This document shows, in pieces, positions 37,190-47,749 of a stretch of 64,000 bases of DNA (positions are counted from its first letter, which is position 1; the number at the start of each line of letters is the position of its first letter). Position numbers and translations under genes: made by a program. The stretch lies in NCBI GenBank assembly GCA_036984305.1, contig BQWY01000002.1, positions 24,151 through 88,150 of the forward strand, given 5' to 3'. The notes under the pieces were generated by a model. The model was not told where the DNA came from. It searched no databases and was given only the letters and a program-made list of their open reading frames with translations. This stretch comes from Nitrospira sp. Its GTDB lineage: Bacteria > Nitrospirota > Nitrospiria > Nitrospirales > Nitrospiraceae.

Positions 37190-39382
37190 TTAGGTTTTCA
37201 CGATGTTGGGGGTGAGGAAGATCAACAGTTCCTGCCTGGCAATGTCTTCGATTTTGTTTTTGAACAGCCAGCCGAGGACAGGAATGCGCGAGAGATAGGG
37301 CACACCATTGACGTTGTTCTGTTGGGAATCCACGTAGACCCCACCGATCACCATCGTTTCCCCATCGCGCACCAACACCTGGGTATTGGCCTCTCGTTTA
37401 TCGATGCTGGGACCAGCAGGATTGCTTCTGGCCCCGACCGCGTTCCGGGTAGCCCTTACCTTCATCATGATGTTCTTGGCCACCTCGTTCGGATCGCGGG
37501 AAGTGATTTGTGGCGTCACTTGGAGCTCGAGGTTGGCATCGACAAACGTCGTCTGGGTTCCTTGCAATGATACGGTTTGGAACGGAATCGATTCACCTTG
37601 AGAGATCTTGGCATCCCGCTTGTCGAGCGTCGTGATTTTCGGCGAAGCGATGACCTTGGTCAATCCCAAAGCTTCTCCAGCGGACAGTCTCAGATCCAAT
37701 AAGGCCCCGTCGGTCTTGCCAAACTGGAATCCGAGGGCCGGAGGCGGCGTCAGCCCAGCGACCGACGCAGGCAAGTTGACCAGAAAATTGCTTTCGGGAG
37801 CGCCAAACGGACCGGTGGTCCCGGCACGGAAATTGGCAACCCCGTTCGAGTTCCCCAATTGATTGACGTTACTGAAGCCCCACTGAATGCCGAGCGACCG
37901 AGTATAGTTCGTATTGGCCTGCACGACGCGGGCTTCGATCTCCACCTGAGGCACCATAATGTCCAACCCATCGATCATCTGTTTGATGACACCGATCTTT
38001 GATTCGACGTCGCGGACGATAATGGCATTGCTTCCAACGTTGGATTGCATCATGCCGCGCGACGTGATGTATTGCCTCAACGACTGCTGCACTTCTTGCG
38101 CCTGGACATTCCGCAGATAGAAGATCCGGGTCACCAATTCTTCCGCCGCAGTCTTCGAATTCCTTGCGTTCGCCTCTTCCTGCTGTTGTTTGGCAATGTT
38201 GGAAAGCGTGTCGACCCAGACGATATTCCCTTGCTTGATCATTCCGAGACCATTCATCTTCAGCAACATGTCCAAGGCTTGGTCCCATGGTACGTTGACG
38301 ATTTTCATCGTGACCTTGGCCTTGACGCCCTCTCCCACGACAATGTTGAACCCGCTGACCTCCGCGATGAGCCGCAGGACATTGGTGATTTCGGCTGACT
38401 GGAAGTCCAGCGACATTCGACGGCCGACGTAGCGCGGCTGATCCACCACCGCTTCGTCTCTGGAGCGGGAGTCATCGATGTTGGCCATCTGCGTACGTTG
38501 CGGCTTGACCGCCAACCCGTAAGGGCGTGTACCGAGGAGCTGAGCCGGGGCGGCATGCGACACCCGAGTGACCAAGGTCGCAGACGACCGACTCTGTGGC
38601 CCCGATGGGGACGGCATCGCCTCAGTAACCGCGTCGGGCTGGTCTCTCGATATGCGAACGGTCAGTCCCGATGGCGCGGGCTCCACCACATAGTGGCTGG
38701 GGCCGGACAAATCCAACACGAGACGCAACTTGTCCGCATGGCGGCCCAAACGAATGCGCTCCACCACGGCGCTCGCTTCCGCCTGAACGGGGGAAGTCAG
38801 CGGCGTGGACACACCCGGAAGATCGACCACCAGCCGGTTCCCACTGGCCATGTGGGCGTCGAACTCCAATTGCCCATCGGCCGATACCATGACCGCCGTC
38901 TCTTCCGCCAGGGGATGCATACGGATGCCGGTGATGGTGGAAGCCGTTGCCGCCGCCCCGCGGGCCGCCGGGAAATCCACTTGCAGCCCTCGCTCGGTCC
39001 TCGTGATCTCCGGCACCACATAGTCGGTCAGTTGGAACACAACCCTCGAGCCATGACCGGCGGAAGCGATCTGATCGCGAATGACTCGTCGCACCGGAGG
39101 TTGATCTACCCTGAGTTCTCCGCTGGCACCAGTCTCAGTCCCGTTCAATGACACGGCCACCATGGGCGGGATACGACTGTCCTCGACCTGGTACATGTTC
39201 GAGGACTGAATACCGTCTATCGTCACCCGGACTCGATCGTGGAGCCGCTCCACGCTGATTCCTTGGAGCACCGCGGGCACGCTCATCCGGGAGTCGCTCT
39301 CGCGGACCGACTCCGCAAGCGCGCTGGCTGCGGTACCGAGCGTCAATGCCACTGCCACGGTGAGGATGGTATGCCGTTTCAT
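37190..39382 (-). CDS. pilQ: type IV pilus secretin PilQ (with N-terminal AMIN-like repeats)
   Basis: 730 aa. C-terminal secretin domain (GGVYVDSQQNNVNGVPYLSRIPVLGWLFK). Follows pilP with an ATGA overlap. Confidence 0.92.
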   Translation of the reverse strand: MKRHTILTVAVALTLGTAASALAESVRESDSRMSVPAVLQGISVERLHDRVRVTIDGIQSSNMYQVEDSRIPPMVAVSLNGTETGASGELRVDQPPVRRVIRDQIASAGHGSRVVFQLTDYVVPEITRTERGLQVDFPAARGAAATASTITGIRMHPLAEETAVMVSADGQLEFDAHMASGNRLVVDLPGVSTPLTSPVQAEASAVVERIRLGRHADKLRLVLDLSGPSHYVVEPAPSGLTVRISRDQPDAVTEAMPSPSGPQSRSSATLVTRVSHAAPAQLLGTRPYGLAVKPQRTQMANIDDSRSRDEAVVDQPRYVGRRMSLDFQSAEITNVLRLIAEVSGFNIVVGEGVKAKVTMKIVNVPWDQALDMLLKMNGLGMIKQGNIVWVDTLSNIAKQQQEEANARNSKTAAEELVTRIFYLRNVQAQEVQQSLRQYITSRGMMQSNVGSNAIIVRDVESKIGVIKQMIDGLDIMVPQVEIEARVVQANTNYTRSLGIQWGFSNVNQLGNSNGVANFRAGTTGPFGAPESNFLVNLPASVAGLTPPPALGFQFGKTDGALLDLRLSAGEALGLTKVIASPKITTLDKRDAKISQGESIPFQTVSLQGTQTTFVDANLELQVTPQITSRDPNEVAKNIMMKVRATRNAVGARSNPAGPSIDKREANTQVLVRDGETMVIGGVYVDSQQNNVNGVPYLSRIPVLGWLFKNKIEDIARQELLIFLTPNIVKT

Positions 39383-40008
39383 TCTGAACCCTCTTTTTGA
39401 TGGAGTAGTCTCACGAACTCACGTTCCTGTTTTTTCCCATAGATATCCGTGAAGCGCTCCACCACGATGAGTCCCCGTTCCGTGATGGAAGTCACGATCC
39501 CATTATTCGGCCCCATGCGTGTTCCGCGACGTATCGCATACCCCTTGCCATCGGGCGTTTGAACCATGGCGGTGTACCCAGCCCCCCCCCACACCACGCC
39601 GACCAAATTGATCTCCGTTAGCCCAATGCGCTGCAAGGGAGGTAGGTTCGCGTCGTCTTCCTTCTTTTGCTGCAACAGCTGGATGATCGCCACGAATGGA
39701 TCCCGGCGACCGGATGGATCATACGTCGCCGACTCCACGGGATCCGCCGGCGCCAGTTCTCCCGTCGCCGGTGCCAGGCCGGGCAGCGGATCCGAAGGCG
39801 GCAATGAGGGCCGCTCTTGTTGGATGTCCCCGATAGGCTTAAGCGGAATCGACGCCGGGGCGGGCGGAGTAAGCTGCCCGGTTGACTTGGCCTCGGAAAC
39901 CGGTTGCGCGTACCCTGGCAGCACCTCTGTGCACAGCACCGCAGCACACGACACGACAGCTGCGCCGACCAGCGCCCCCCGGAATCTCGTGGATGAGAAC
40001 AGTCGCAT
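39379..40008 (-). CDS. pilP: type IV pilus assembly protein PilP
   Basis: Signal/lipoprotein-like N-terminus, Pro-rich linker, conserved C-terminal beta domain. Position in pilMNOPQ. GTG 40011 is an alternative start. Confidence 0.8.
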   Translation of the reverse strand: MRLFSSTRFRGALVGAAVVSCAAVLCTEVLPGYAQPVSEAKSTGQLTPPAPASIPLKPIGDIQQERPSLPPSDPLPGLAPATGELAPADPVESATYDPSGRRDPFVAIIQLLQQKKEDDANLPPLQRIGLTEINLVGVVWGGAGYTAMVQTPDGKGYAIRRGTRMGPNNGIVTSITERGLIVVERFTDIYGKKQEREFVRLLHQKEGSE

Positions 40009-40688
40009 CACTTCGCTCCTGCCGGGGTCGCAGGCACCGGCGGTTTCGGCGCCGTAGCTCCGCCCGGAGCAGCCGCCATCCTGGCTGTCTCCGCGGAGGC
40101 AGGCTTTTCCTCCGGCGCGGCGTAGGCGACCAGATCGAAAACGGTTTTGGTGACGACCCGGCCCTGCGATACGTTCGGATCGGCCATCTTGAGATCTGAC
40201 ACGTTGATGATCCTGGGCATGTGATTCACACGATCAAAAAACAAGGCAGCCGTGTGATATCCGCCCGTCACTTCGACATTGACCGGCATCTTCACGAACA
40301 GCTTGGAGGGATCCTCCGACGGCGGTCCTGGCTTCCACAGCTTGATATCCAATCCCAGGCGGATTCCCAGGTCCGAAAGCTGCTTGAGCAACATGACCGC
40401 CTCTTCCGCCGGCGGCAGCTTCTCCTTCTTTTTAGCCAGTTCGATTTCCAGTTGCTTGCTCGCCGCGATCAACTCATCCAGGTGTTTGACCTTGATCGTC
40501 AGCGTTTGGATCTCGGAATCCAGCTGGCCAATCTGGCTCGTCAGTTGCGCGATCTGTGCTTCCTCCGGCTCGACAAAATAGTAGTACGTCACGCCGACGA
40601 ACACGGCGATCACCAACGCCACGAGCGCCAGCTTCTGGACCAGCGGGATGCTCTGCAGGGAACTCACGCTGATTTTGGGCATTTGCAT
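40008..40688 (-). CDS. pilO: type IV pilus assembly protein PilO
   Basis: Single TM helix plus coiled coil (QIAQLTSQIGQLDSEIQTLTIKVKHL). Position in the operon. Confidence 0.8.
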   Translation of the reverse strand: MQMPKISVSSLQSIPLVQKLALVALVIAVFVGVTYYYFVEPEEAQIAQLTSQIGQLDSEIQTLTIKVKHLDELIAASKQLEIELAKKKEKLPPAEEAVMLLKQLSDLGIRLGLDIKLWKPGPPSEDPSKLFVKMPVNVEVTGGYHTAALFFDRVNHMPRIINVSDLKMADPNVSQGRVVTKTVFDLVAYAAPEEKPASAETARMAAAPGGATAPKPPVPATPAGAK

Positions 40689-40690
40689 GG

Positions 40691-41245
40691 TCAAACCTTC
40701 AGAGCGAATCTAAGTTTGAACGAGTACAGGTCGATCTTATTTTCCGTCGATGCCCGCGATTCGACGAGCTGAATATTGTTGAATGAATCGGTTCGTCGCA
40801 GATTGTTGACGAATTCCACGATGTCGTCGTTGGTCAACGCGCGTCCCTCGACCTCGACCGTCCCGTTCGTCAGACTCAGTCTGAGCAACCACAGCTTGAG
40901 CGGTTCAATGCTGCGACTCACCTGGTCCAGCACTTTCACCGGTCCAGACCGCGCTGCTTCCAACTGGTCGATGATTCGATTTTTGTCCTCCAGCACCTTC
41001 TTTTTTTGCTCAAAATCCTGAACCTGCTTCACCTGTTCCTTGAGAACAGCAACTTGCTTGTCCTTGTCTCGCTTTTCCTGTTCTTTCAACTCTCGCTCGG
41101 CCTGAACGCTGCTCACATACATCCAGCACCCGAACAACGTGAGGAGCAACACCGTCCCGAACATCAAGCCTTCGACCCTGGCGTCGAGCTGTCCGGTTTG
41201 GGCTTTTTTGACGCGCGGTCCCGCGATCAGGTTTATGCGAATCAT
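40691..41245 (-). CDS. pilN: type IV pilus assembly protein PilN
   Basis: MIRINLI... N-terminus typical of PilN, TM helix, coiled coil. ATG 41245 overlaps the pilM stop. Confidence 0.82.
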   Translation of the reverse strand: MIRINLIAGPRVKKAQTGQLDARVEGLMFGTVLLLTLFGCWMYVSSVQAERELKEQEKRDKDKQVAVLKEQVKQVQDFEQKKKVLEDKNRIIDQLEAARSGPVKVLDQVSRSIEPLKLWLLRLSLTNGTVEVEGRALTNDDIVEFVNNLRRTDSFNNIQLVESRASTENKIDLYSFKLRFALKV

Positions 41246-42351
41246 CAGTCCCCCATTGCGCGAAGCGCCAATCCGACGCCCACTGCGGCCGCCGTTTCGA
41301 CCTGGGTCAACTGTGCTGCGTCGACTTCGGAACCGGAACAATCGATTTCTCCGAACGCATTGACCAGTTCCACGGTGATTTGCATCCGCTCCTGAAGGTG
41401 GTCAACCAGACCGTGGACCTTAGCGCCCCCTCCACACAGCAACAGCCGCTCCACATCGCCCTCGCCCGTCGTACTCTTGTAGTAATCGACCGTTCTGGCA
41501 ATTTCCGAGGCTACCTCGGCATTGACGCCATCGAGGACCATGCTGACGGAGTCCTCCGTCCCGGCACGCTTGCGCGCGCCCGTCTTCAGATCCTCGGCTT
41601 CCTCGAACGACAAACCTAATTCGCGCTGAATCGCTTCCGTGTATTTGTTGCCGCCCAATGGGATGTCACGTGTGAACAGAGAGGCGCCGTTTCGAATGAT
41701 GTTGATGTTCATCACGCTCGCACCGACGTTTACGATCGTGGTCACTTCCCCCTTCGAGGCCGGATAGTTCAAGTCATGCATGTTCTGAATGGCAAAGGCA
41801 TCCACGTCCATCACGACCGGGACCAAACCGGCGGTTTTCACAAGCTCGCAGAGTTCGTTGACCTTGTCCTTCTTGGCGGCCACCAGGAGAACGGACATTT
41901 GTCCATCTCCTTCATCACCCTCGTCTCCCGGATGCAGAACGTGAAAGTCGAGGTTGACTTCGTTGATGTCGAACGGGATGTATTGCTCAGCCGCAAGTTT
42001 GACCTGTCCTTCCAGCTCCTCGTCCGGCATGGGCGGGAGACTGATCTTTTTCACGATCACCGCATGGCCGGAAATCGAGATCGCCACATTCTTGCTCTTA
42101 ATGCCCTGTTCTTCCAGGAGTTCCTTGATAGCCGCCACGACCCGTCCTTCGTCCATGACCGTCCCATCGACGATCACTTCGGGCTCGAGGGGCTTGATCC
42201 CGCACTTCTGCAAAACGTAGCGGCCTTTGACTTCCTTCAATTGCACGACCTTGATGGCGCTCGACCCAATGTCCAATCCAATCAGCAACCGCTTGGGTGC
42301 GAGCAGGGAGGAGAAGTCTGTGGATAACACGTTGCGTAACTGCGCCAGCAT
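41245..42351 (-). CDS. pilM: type IV pilus assembly ATPase-like protein PilM
   Basis: Actin-like fold motifs (IGLDIGSSAIKVVQL, LLCGGGAKVHGL). ATG 42351. Confidence 0.9.
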   Translation of the reverse strand: MLAQLRNVLSTDFSSLLAPKRLLIGLDIGSSAIKVVQLKEVKGRYVLQKCGIKPLEPEVIVDGTVMDEGRVVAAIKELLEEQGIKSKNVAISISGHAVIVKKISLPPMPDEELEGQVKLAAEQYIPFDINEVNLDFHVLHPGDEGDEGDGQMSVLLVAAKKDKVNELCELVKTAGLVPVVMDVDAFAIQNMHDLNYPASKGEVTTIVNVGASVMNINIIRNGASLFTRDIPLGGNKYTEAIQRELGLSFEEAEDLKTGARKRAGTEDSVSMVLDGVNAEVASEIARTVDYYKSTTGEGDVERLLLCGGGAKVHGLVDHLQERMQITVELVNAFGEIDCSGSEVDAAQLTQVETAAAVGVGLALRAMGD

Positions 42352-42484
42352 GAGTTCTGACTCCTTACCGCCCGACGGGCGCCGACAAACGGTTTGGGCC
42401 ACGCAGCGCCATTTTACCTAGTCATTTCAGCGTGTGGTAAAGGATGCGTACCGACTAGGTACTTAGCTTGTGCGGACAATGCCA

Positions 42485-42512
42485 AGTATAGTCCATGCCT
42501 TCAGGCTGTCAA
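42485..42512 (-). promoter_or_regulatory. sigma70 promoter upstream of pilM
   Basis: Minus strand: TTGACA-16 nt-TATACT, about 130 nt upstream of the pilM start. Confidence 0.6.
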
Positions 42513-42559
42513 GGAAAGCACTATTCCGCGCACCGCCGTTCGCGCTAGGCGGCAGCCCG

Positions 42560-43426
42560 TCAGACTTTGTGGATATCGCGATGAAACAGGATGGATTCGA
42601 ATCCGCTGCTGGCGAGCGCTTCCTTCACGTGACAGGCGATGGCGATGGAGCGGTGCCGTCCGCCGGTGCACCCGAAACCGATGTTGAGGTAGCTGCGTCG
42701 CTCTCGTTCATAGAGAGGTATGGCGAATCGGAGCATGTCGAGCAACATGTCCACAAACCGTCTAGACGAATCATCTTGTAGCACATAGGACTGCACCACC
42801 GAATCCTCTCCGGTCTTGTGTTTCAGATCCTCATGAAAGTATGGATTGCGCATGAAACGGACGTCAAACAGGAGATCGATGTCATAGGGGACACCGAATT
42901 TATAGCCGAACGTGACCAGGGAAATGGTCATCCGGCGACCGGCCGACTCTCGGTGGACGTAGCGCTCAAGGACGCCCTTGAGCTCGTGGACGGTCAGATC
43001 GCTGGTATCAATGATGCGGTCTGCCGCACTCCGCAACTCGTGCAACCGCTCGCGTTCCCACCGGACGGCATCGAGCAACGGGGCATTTGGCATCACCGGA
43101 TGGGGCCGGCGAGATTCGGAAAATCGCCGGGCAAGCACGTCCTCCCGGGCCTCAAAAAAGAGGAGGCGGAATTTAAAACCACGTTCCTTGACACGATCGA
43201 GGTTGTCCGTGAGGTCACCGAGAAACGCCCGCTCCCGGATATCGATCCCGAGCGCTACGTTGCGGACCTCACCACCCTGCTGACGGCACAGCTCCACGAA
43301 CGTAGGCAGGAGCGCAGGCGGCAGATTGTCGACACAGAAGTATCCCTCGTCTTCAAAACATTTAAGGGCATGGGTTTTCCCGGATCCTGACAACCCACTG
43401 ATGACAATGAGTTGAAACTCGCTCAT
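42560..43426 (-). CDS. rapZ: RNase adapter/nucleotide-binding protein RapZ (YhbJ)
   Basis: 288 aa. LIVISGLSGSGKTHALKCFEDEGYFCVDNLP and C-terminal GCTGGRHRS motifs. Confidence 0.92.
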   Translation of the reverse strand: MSEFQLIVISGLSGSGKTHALKCFEDEGYFCVDNLPPALLPTFVELCRQQGGEVRNVALGIDIRERAFLGDLTDNLDRVKERGFKFRLLFFEAREDVLARRFSESRRPHPVMPNAPLLDAVRWERERLHELRSAADRIIDTSDLTVHELKGVLERYVHRESAGRRMTISLVTFGYKFGVPYDIDLLFDVRFMRNPYFHEDLKHKTGEDSVVQSYVLQDDSSRRFVDMLLDMLRFAIPLYERERRSYLNIGFGCTGGRHRSIAIACHVKEALASSGFESILFHRDIHKV

Positions 43427-43965
43427 CCGGCTCCACGAGAGCGTCGACGACGAGGCACAAGCAGCTCGGCACGCCCGTCCGTCGACCGACGGAGGACGCT
43501 CATCTCCTCGGTCTCTCCGTCCACAAACACCACCGGTGAGTCGGGATCGGCCTCTAGAATGGCAATCGCCTCATCCAAAGCGAGTGTCGGCACGATCGGC
43601 CTGACGATCTGGAGGGATGGACGCAAGGGAGGCTGAGACTCCAATGCTGCGGCAACCAGCCGGCGTCGCGCCTTCCCCTTGTGGTTGACCAGTCGGGCCT
43701 TCTTCTCGCGAAGCTGCCGCTCGATCTTATCCATCACAAGATCGATGGAAGCGTACATCTCGGAAGACGAAGCCTTCGCCCGATATTGTCGCCGATTGAA
43801 AACGCACAGGACCTCCGCAGAATGACGGAATTTCTCGACCGCAATGATGACTTGCACCGTGTGCAGTCCGAGACCGAACCGGTCCAACCGGTCGGCCTTA
43901 CTCTCGACGTAGCGTCGCAACGCTGGCGTCACCGCCACGTGCCTCCCCGTAATCGACACACTCAT
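43423..43965 (-). CDS. hpf: ribosome hibernation promoting factor (long HPF)
   Basis: MSVSITGRHVAVTPALRRYVESK... is canonical. AAGGAG before ATG 43965. Downstream of rpoN. Confidence 0.9.
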   Translation of the reverse strand: MSVSITGRHVAVTPALRRYVESKADRLDRFGLGLHTVQVIIAVEKFRHSAEVLCVFNRRQYRAKASSSEMYASIDLVMDKIERQLREKKARLVNHKGKARRRLVAAALESQPPLRPSLQIVRPIVPTLALDEAIAILEADPDSPVVFVDGETEEMSVLRRSTDGRAELLVPRRRRSRGAG

Positions 43966-44088
43966 GCGTTTCTCCTTAGTTGGCTGATCGATCGATGCTC
44001 TTCTCTTGGACACGCGCACCACATGGGCGCGAGGTTACCCGTCCGGCCCTTCCACACTCGTAACGGATCGCGCTGCATGCGGGACGAA

Positions 44089-45600
44089 CTAGAAGAAACG
44101 TCGTCGCTGGCTGGCGGACGGGATATTCTCCTCGGCTCGATACTTGGCCACCGTTCTTCGTGCAATCAGAATATGTTGACGTCGGAGACGGTCCGCAATC
44201 TCTTCGTCCTTAAGCGGATGTGCTGAGTCTTCCTCTGCGACCATCTTACGAATCATCTCCCGCACCGTCACCGAGGACAGCATCTCCCCTTGTTGGTCAG
44301 CACGCTGCAAGCCCGCATTGAAAAAATACTTCAATTCGAACATCCCCTGTGGGCAATACACGTACTTATTGGCGGTCACCCGACTGATGGTGGATTCGTG
44401 CATCCCCACATCGTCTGCCACCTGTTTCAAAACCAGCGGCCTGAGCGCTACGACACCATGATCGAAAAATGCCTGCTGAAATTTCACGATGCTGGCCACG
44501 ACCTTCACGATCGTCTTATTCCGCTGTTCGATGCTGCGGAGCACCCATTGGGCTGCGCGAAGCTTTTCGTCGAGATAGGCTTTAGTTTCTCCCGTCGTGG
44601 ACTGTCCTCCCATAAGTTGTTTATAGTAGGGGCTAATGCGCATTCTCGGCAAGCCATCGTCGTTCAAGAGCACGACCCATTCCCCCTCATGTCGCGCAAC
44701 GAATACATCCGGGACGATGACGTGATTGTCCGAAGAGGAGAACGGTCGCCCCGGCTTAGGCTCCAGGGATTCAATGACCTTGGTAGCCTGAAACACCTCC
44801 TCGCACGTCACATCCAGAGTCTTGGCAATTTTCGCATACTGCTTCTTTTCAAGATCCTTGAGGTGGTGCTTGATGACCGCCTCGACGACGCTGCCCCGGA
44901 GGGCGCCCGGTCTAGCTCCCACAGAGCCCATTGGCCCTTTTCCCAAGTAGCCTAATTGAAGCAATAAACACTCAGGCAAATCGCGCGCACCGACGCCGGC
45001 CGGGTCAAGCTTCTGTACCTCCTGCAGCGCCTGCTCCGCCTCCTCCACGGTAAAGTCTGTGCCGGCGATCACCTCTTCAAGGGTGGTTCTGAGATAGCCG
45101 TCCTCTTCCAGATTCCCGATGATGAGCCGGGCCAATGCCTTCTGACGATCATCCAGTGTGGACAACGACAACTGCCACACCAGATGCTCCTCCAACGATT
45201 TGGCCGTCGTCAGAGTCTGTTCGAATGAAGGCATGTCGTCCTGGGCCGAACCAGGATATTCGACATCGCCGGCCCGTCGATCCTGATCGAAGTAATCCTC
45301 CCAGCCTGCAGCGGACAGCTCCTCTGCATTCGTGCGATCATCGGCCGGAGCAGGTAGCTCGGCCTCGGTGCTGGTGGGGGAGGTCGCGGTGAGAGCCTCA
45401 GTTGGAGACTCTGATTCCCTGGCTTCGTCAGCTTCTTCGATTTCAGTCTGGGCTTCCTCGAGGAGGGGATTATCGAGTAGGTGCTGTTCTAGCGTTTGCT
45501 GCAATTCCAGTCTGGAGAGCTGCAACAGCTTGATCGCCTGCTGCAGCTGCGGCGTCATGATGAGCTTTTGACTGAGTCGAAGATCGAGCCTGAGCTTCAT
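44089..45600 (-). CDS. rpoN: RNA polymerase sigma-54 factor
   Basis: 503 aa. N-terminal LxQxLxLTPQLQQAIKLLQLSRLEL. C-terminal RpoN box ARRTVAKYR. Confidence 0.96.
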   Translation of the reverse strand: MKLRLDLRLSQKLIMTPQLQQAIKLLQLSRLELQQTLEQHLLDNPLLEEAQTEIEEADEARESESPTEALTATSPTSTEAELPAPADDRTNAEELSAAGWEDYFDQDRRAGDVEYPGSAQDDMPSFEQTLTTAKSLEEHLVWQLSLSTLDDRQKALARLIIGNLEEDGYLRTTLEEVIAGTDFTVEEAEQALQEVQKLDPAGVGARDLPECLLLQLGYLGKGPMGSVGARPGALRGSVVEAVIKHHLKDLEKKQYAKIAKTLDVTCEEVFQATKVIESLEPKPGRPFSSSDNHVIVPDVFVARHEGEWVVLLNDDGLPRMRISPYYKQLMGGQSTTGETKAYLDEKLRAAQWVLRSIEQRNKTIVKVVASIVKFQQAFFDHGVVALRPLVLKQVADDVGMHESTISRVTANKYVYCPQGMFELKYFFNAGLQRADQQGEMLSSVTVREMIRKMVAEEDSAHPLKDEEIADRLRRQHILIARRTVAKYRAEENIPSASQRRRFF

Positions 45601-45626
45601 GGGTATGTATTCGAGCGATCTTACTA

Positions 45627-46415
45627 CTACAGCTGAAAGCGCTCCCCTAAGTATACCGCTCGAGCGACTGCGCTGTTCACAATGACTTCGGGCGTCCCCG
45701 CCTCAAGGATCGTACCCTCGTTGATGATGTAAGCCCGATCCGTGATCGAGAGCGTTTCCTGCACATTGTGATCGGTGATCAGAATTCCAATATGCTTGTG
45801 TTTCATTCGGGTAATGATGTGTTGAATTTCGGACACCGCAATCGGGTCAATTCCCGCAAATGGCTCATCGAGCAGTAAGAATCGAGGACGGGTCGCGAGG
45901 GCTCGGGTAATTTCTAGCCGGCGTCGTTCGCCTCCGGAAAGCGCATATGCCTTGCTGCGCCTGAGCGGCGTCAAGTCGAGTTCCTTTAACAAGGCCTCCA
46001 GACGTTGTGCGCGTTCCTCTCTGTCGGAAACAAACATCTCCAAGATGGCCATGATGTTGTCTTCCACGGACAATCGACGAAAAACCGAGGACTCCTGAGG
46101 AAGGTATCCAATCCCGAGCCGGGCGCGCTGATACATCGGCAACTCGGTCACTGTCGTGTCTCCCAGCTGGATCACACCCTCATCGGGCTCAGACAGGCCT
46201 ACCATCATGTCAAAGATGGTTGTTTTTCCAGCACCGTTCGGACCGAGCAAGCCCACGACTTCGCCGGAGGAGACATCCAAGGCCACTCCCTTGACGACAC
46301 GACGCCCTTTGAAGCTCTTCACCAAACCAGCACCCGCGAGGCGCTCGCTCGATGCGGTTGGTGCTAGCCCTATGGACGTTTTGGCCTCTAGCACCGCGCC
46401 GTGTTCTCCTCCCAT
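45627..46415 (-). CDS. lptB: LPS export ABC transporter ATP-binding protein LptB
   Basis: [32 protein letters not shown]. Position between lptA and rpoN. About 20 aa of N-terminal extension. Confidence 0.9.
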   Translation of the reverse strand: MGGEHGAVLEAKTSIGLAPTASSERLAGAGLVKSFKGRRVVKGVALDVSSGEVVGLLGPNGAGKTTIFDMMVGLSEPDEGVIQLGDTTVTELPMYQRARLGIGYLPQESSVFRRLSVEDNIMAILEMFVSDREERAQRLEALLKELDLTPLRRSKAYALSGGERRRLEITRALATRPRFLLLDEPFAGIDPIAVSEIQHIITRMKHKHIGILITDHNVQETLSITDRAYIINEGTILEAGTPEVIVNSAVARAVYLGERFQL

Positions 46416-46418
46416 GGT

Positions 46419-47051
46419 CTAACAGCGCCCCCCTTCGGGGTTGATCATCACCTGCGATCCACCTTCGACCTCGCTGCGGTCCTCGTCCAAAAACATCGTG
46501 ATCCGTTCGCCGCTGACTCGAGTGCCTCGCTGACATGCGACGGGGTCCCCGGTCAGGACGATCCGCTTATCGGTGACGTAGTAGACAGCCTTCTGGCTCG
46601 TGGCACGACCACCGTCTTTTTCTATCGTCACGTGACCAGTCGCTTCCATCAAACAAACGGACCGATTGGACACGGCCGGCAACACATCCCCCTGTTTCGC
46701 GCCACCTGTGGCCTTGGAAGATGCCCCCGGTTTGCCCCCCTGAGTTCGGCATGAGCTGGGAAGCCTAGACGAATCTGTCCCTCCATCACCCACCGCCTGA
46801 AACGTCACGATCATGACGTCCGAGTGCACGACCAGAGTTCCGCGCGTCAGCACCACTGCACCTTCGAAGATAGCGCGACTCTCCTGATTCTTGACTGTCA
46901 TGCGCTTCGAGGTGATCGTGGTTTTCTCGTCCGGCGTTCGCGGGGCCACCGGTTTGAGCGATTCCCCGCTTGCGCGGGACACCCATAAGGCCTCCCCGCC
47001 AAACAGCATGCTACTCACCAGTAGGGAGAAAATCCACATGAACATTTTCAA
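46419..47051 (-). CDS. lptA: LPS transport periplasmic protein LptA (OstA-like)
   Basis: Signal peptide plus OstA-type beta-jellyroll repeats (SKRMTVKNQE..., ATGHVTIEKDG...). Operon position. Confidence 0.75.
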   Translation of the reverse strand: MKMFMWIFSLLVSSMLFGGEALWVSRASGESLKPVAPRTPDEKTTITSKRMTVKNQESRAIFEGAVVLTRGTLVVHSDVMIVTFQAVGDGGTDSSRLPSSCRTQGGKPGASSKATGGAKQGDVLPAVSNRSVCLMEATGHVTIEKDGGRATSQKAVYYVTDKRIVLTGDPVACQRGTRVSGERITMFLDEDRSEVEGGSQVMINPEGGRC

Positions 47052-47592
47052 GGACTTGGAACTCCTCTTGGGCTAATTTTCCGCGCAACCCTCGTCCTCT
47101 GATTATGAGACCATTTCCCTCGATGCTCACCGGGTCCTCGGTCGTGAGTTCTTGCAGCTTGTCCGTCCATTGTAGGTGATTTGTATAGACGGTGTAGCCG
47201 CCGTCGAGGTGAACGGCGATATCGGTGGATCGATTGGAAAGTGTAAAATCCTTCGTCTGTGTGTTGAGCTGTCCTTCTTCCCCATGCACGGTCATCTGTC
47301 GACCGCGGGCACCCAACAATGCGACTTGAACAGTGCTGAGCAAGGCTTGGTTGCGCTCTTCGAACAGGCTCGCCTCCTCAGCCTTGACTTCCCACTGCAC
47401 GACGCCATCTTTGGTCTGCCGGAACACAAACTCCTCCATTCCGGCATCTGCATGGTCGAGGGGTTGCTTATGCGTCGAAACGGAAGATGATGTGGTGTCC
47501 GTGCGAGTCAGCAGGATATACGCGAGGAAGGCACTTGACGCAACTATGAGCAACAACAGGAATCGACGGGCCCACTGCTGCCAGGACGTCAC
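47011..47592 (-). CDS. lptC: LPS export protein LptC
   Basis: N-terminal TM anchor, LptC-like periplasmic domain. Position upstream of lptA. GTG start. Confidence 0.7.
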   Translation of the reverse strand: MTSWQQWARRFLLLLIVASSAFLAYILLTRTDTTSSSVSTHKQPLDHADAGMEEFVFRQTKDGVVQWEVKAEEASLFEERNQALLSTVQVALLGARGRQMTVHGEEGQLNTQTKDFTLSNRSTDIAVHLDGGYTVYTNHLQWTDKLQELTTEDPVSIEGNGLIIRGRGLRGKLAQEEFQVLENVHVDFLPTGE

Positions 47593-47749
47593 TTGAAACA
47601 GGCTTATCCCTTGACCAGTGATCCTCTCTCAATGGAGAGTAGCATGGGGGCCAGCACATGTAAACACGCGCATCGTTTATCCGACGAGCGGGCAGCACGA
47701 ACCAGCCGACCAACTTGGGGTCGGAGAGGAAATGCCAGGAGGTGGATGG

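Noticed and set aside
47593-47749. The intergenic region between rplQ and lptC, checked for a tRNA or small RNA and for a promoter (TTTACA-17-TACTCT) and hairpin (CCGACC-N7-GGUCGG).
   Set aside because: There is no cloverleaf-compatible sequence. The -10 element matches only 3 of 6 positions, and the hairpin lacks a U tract. This is too weak to call.
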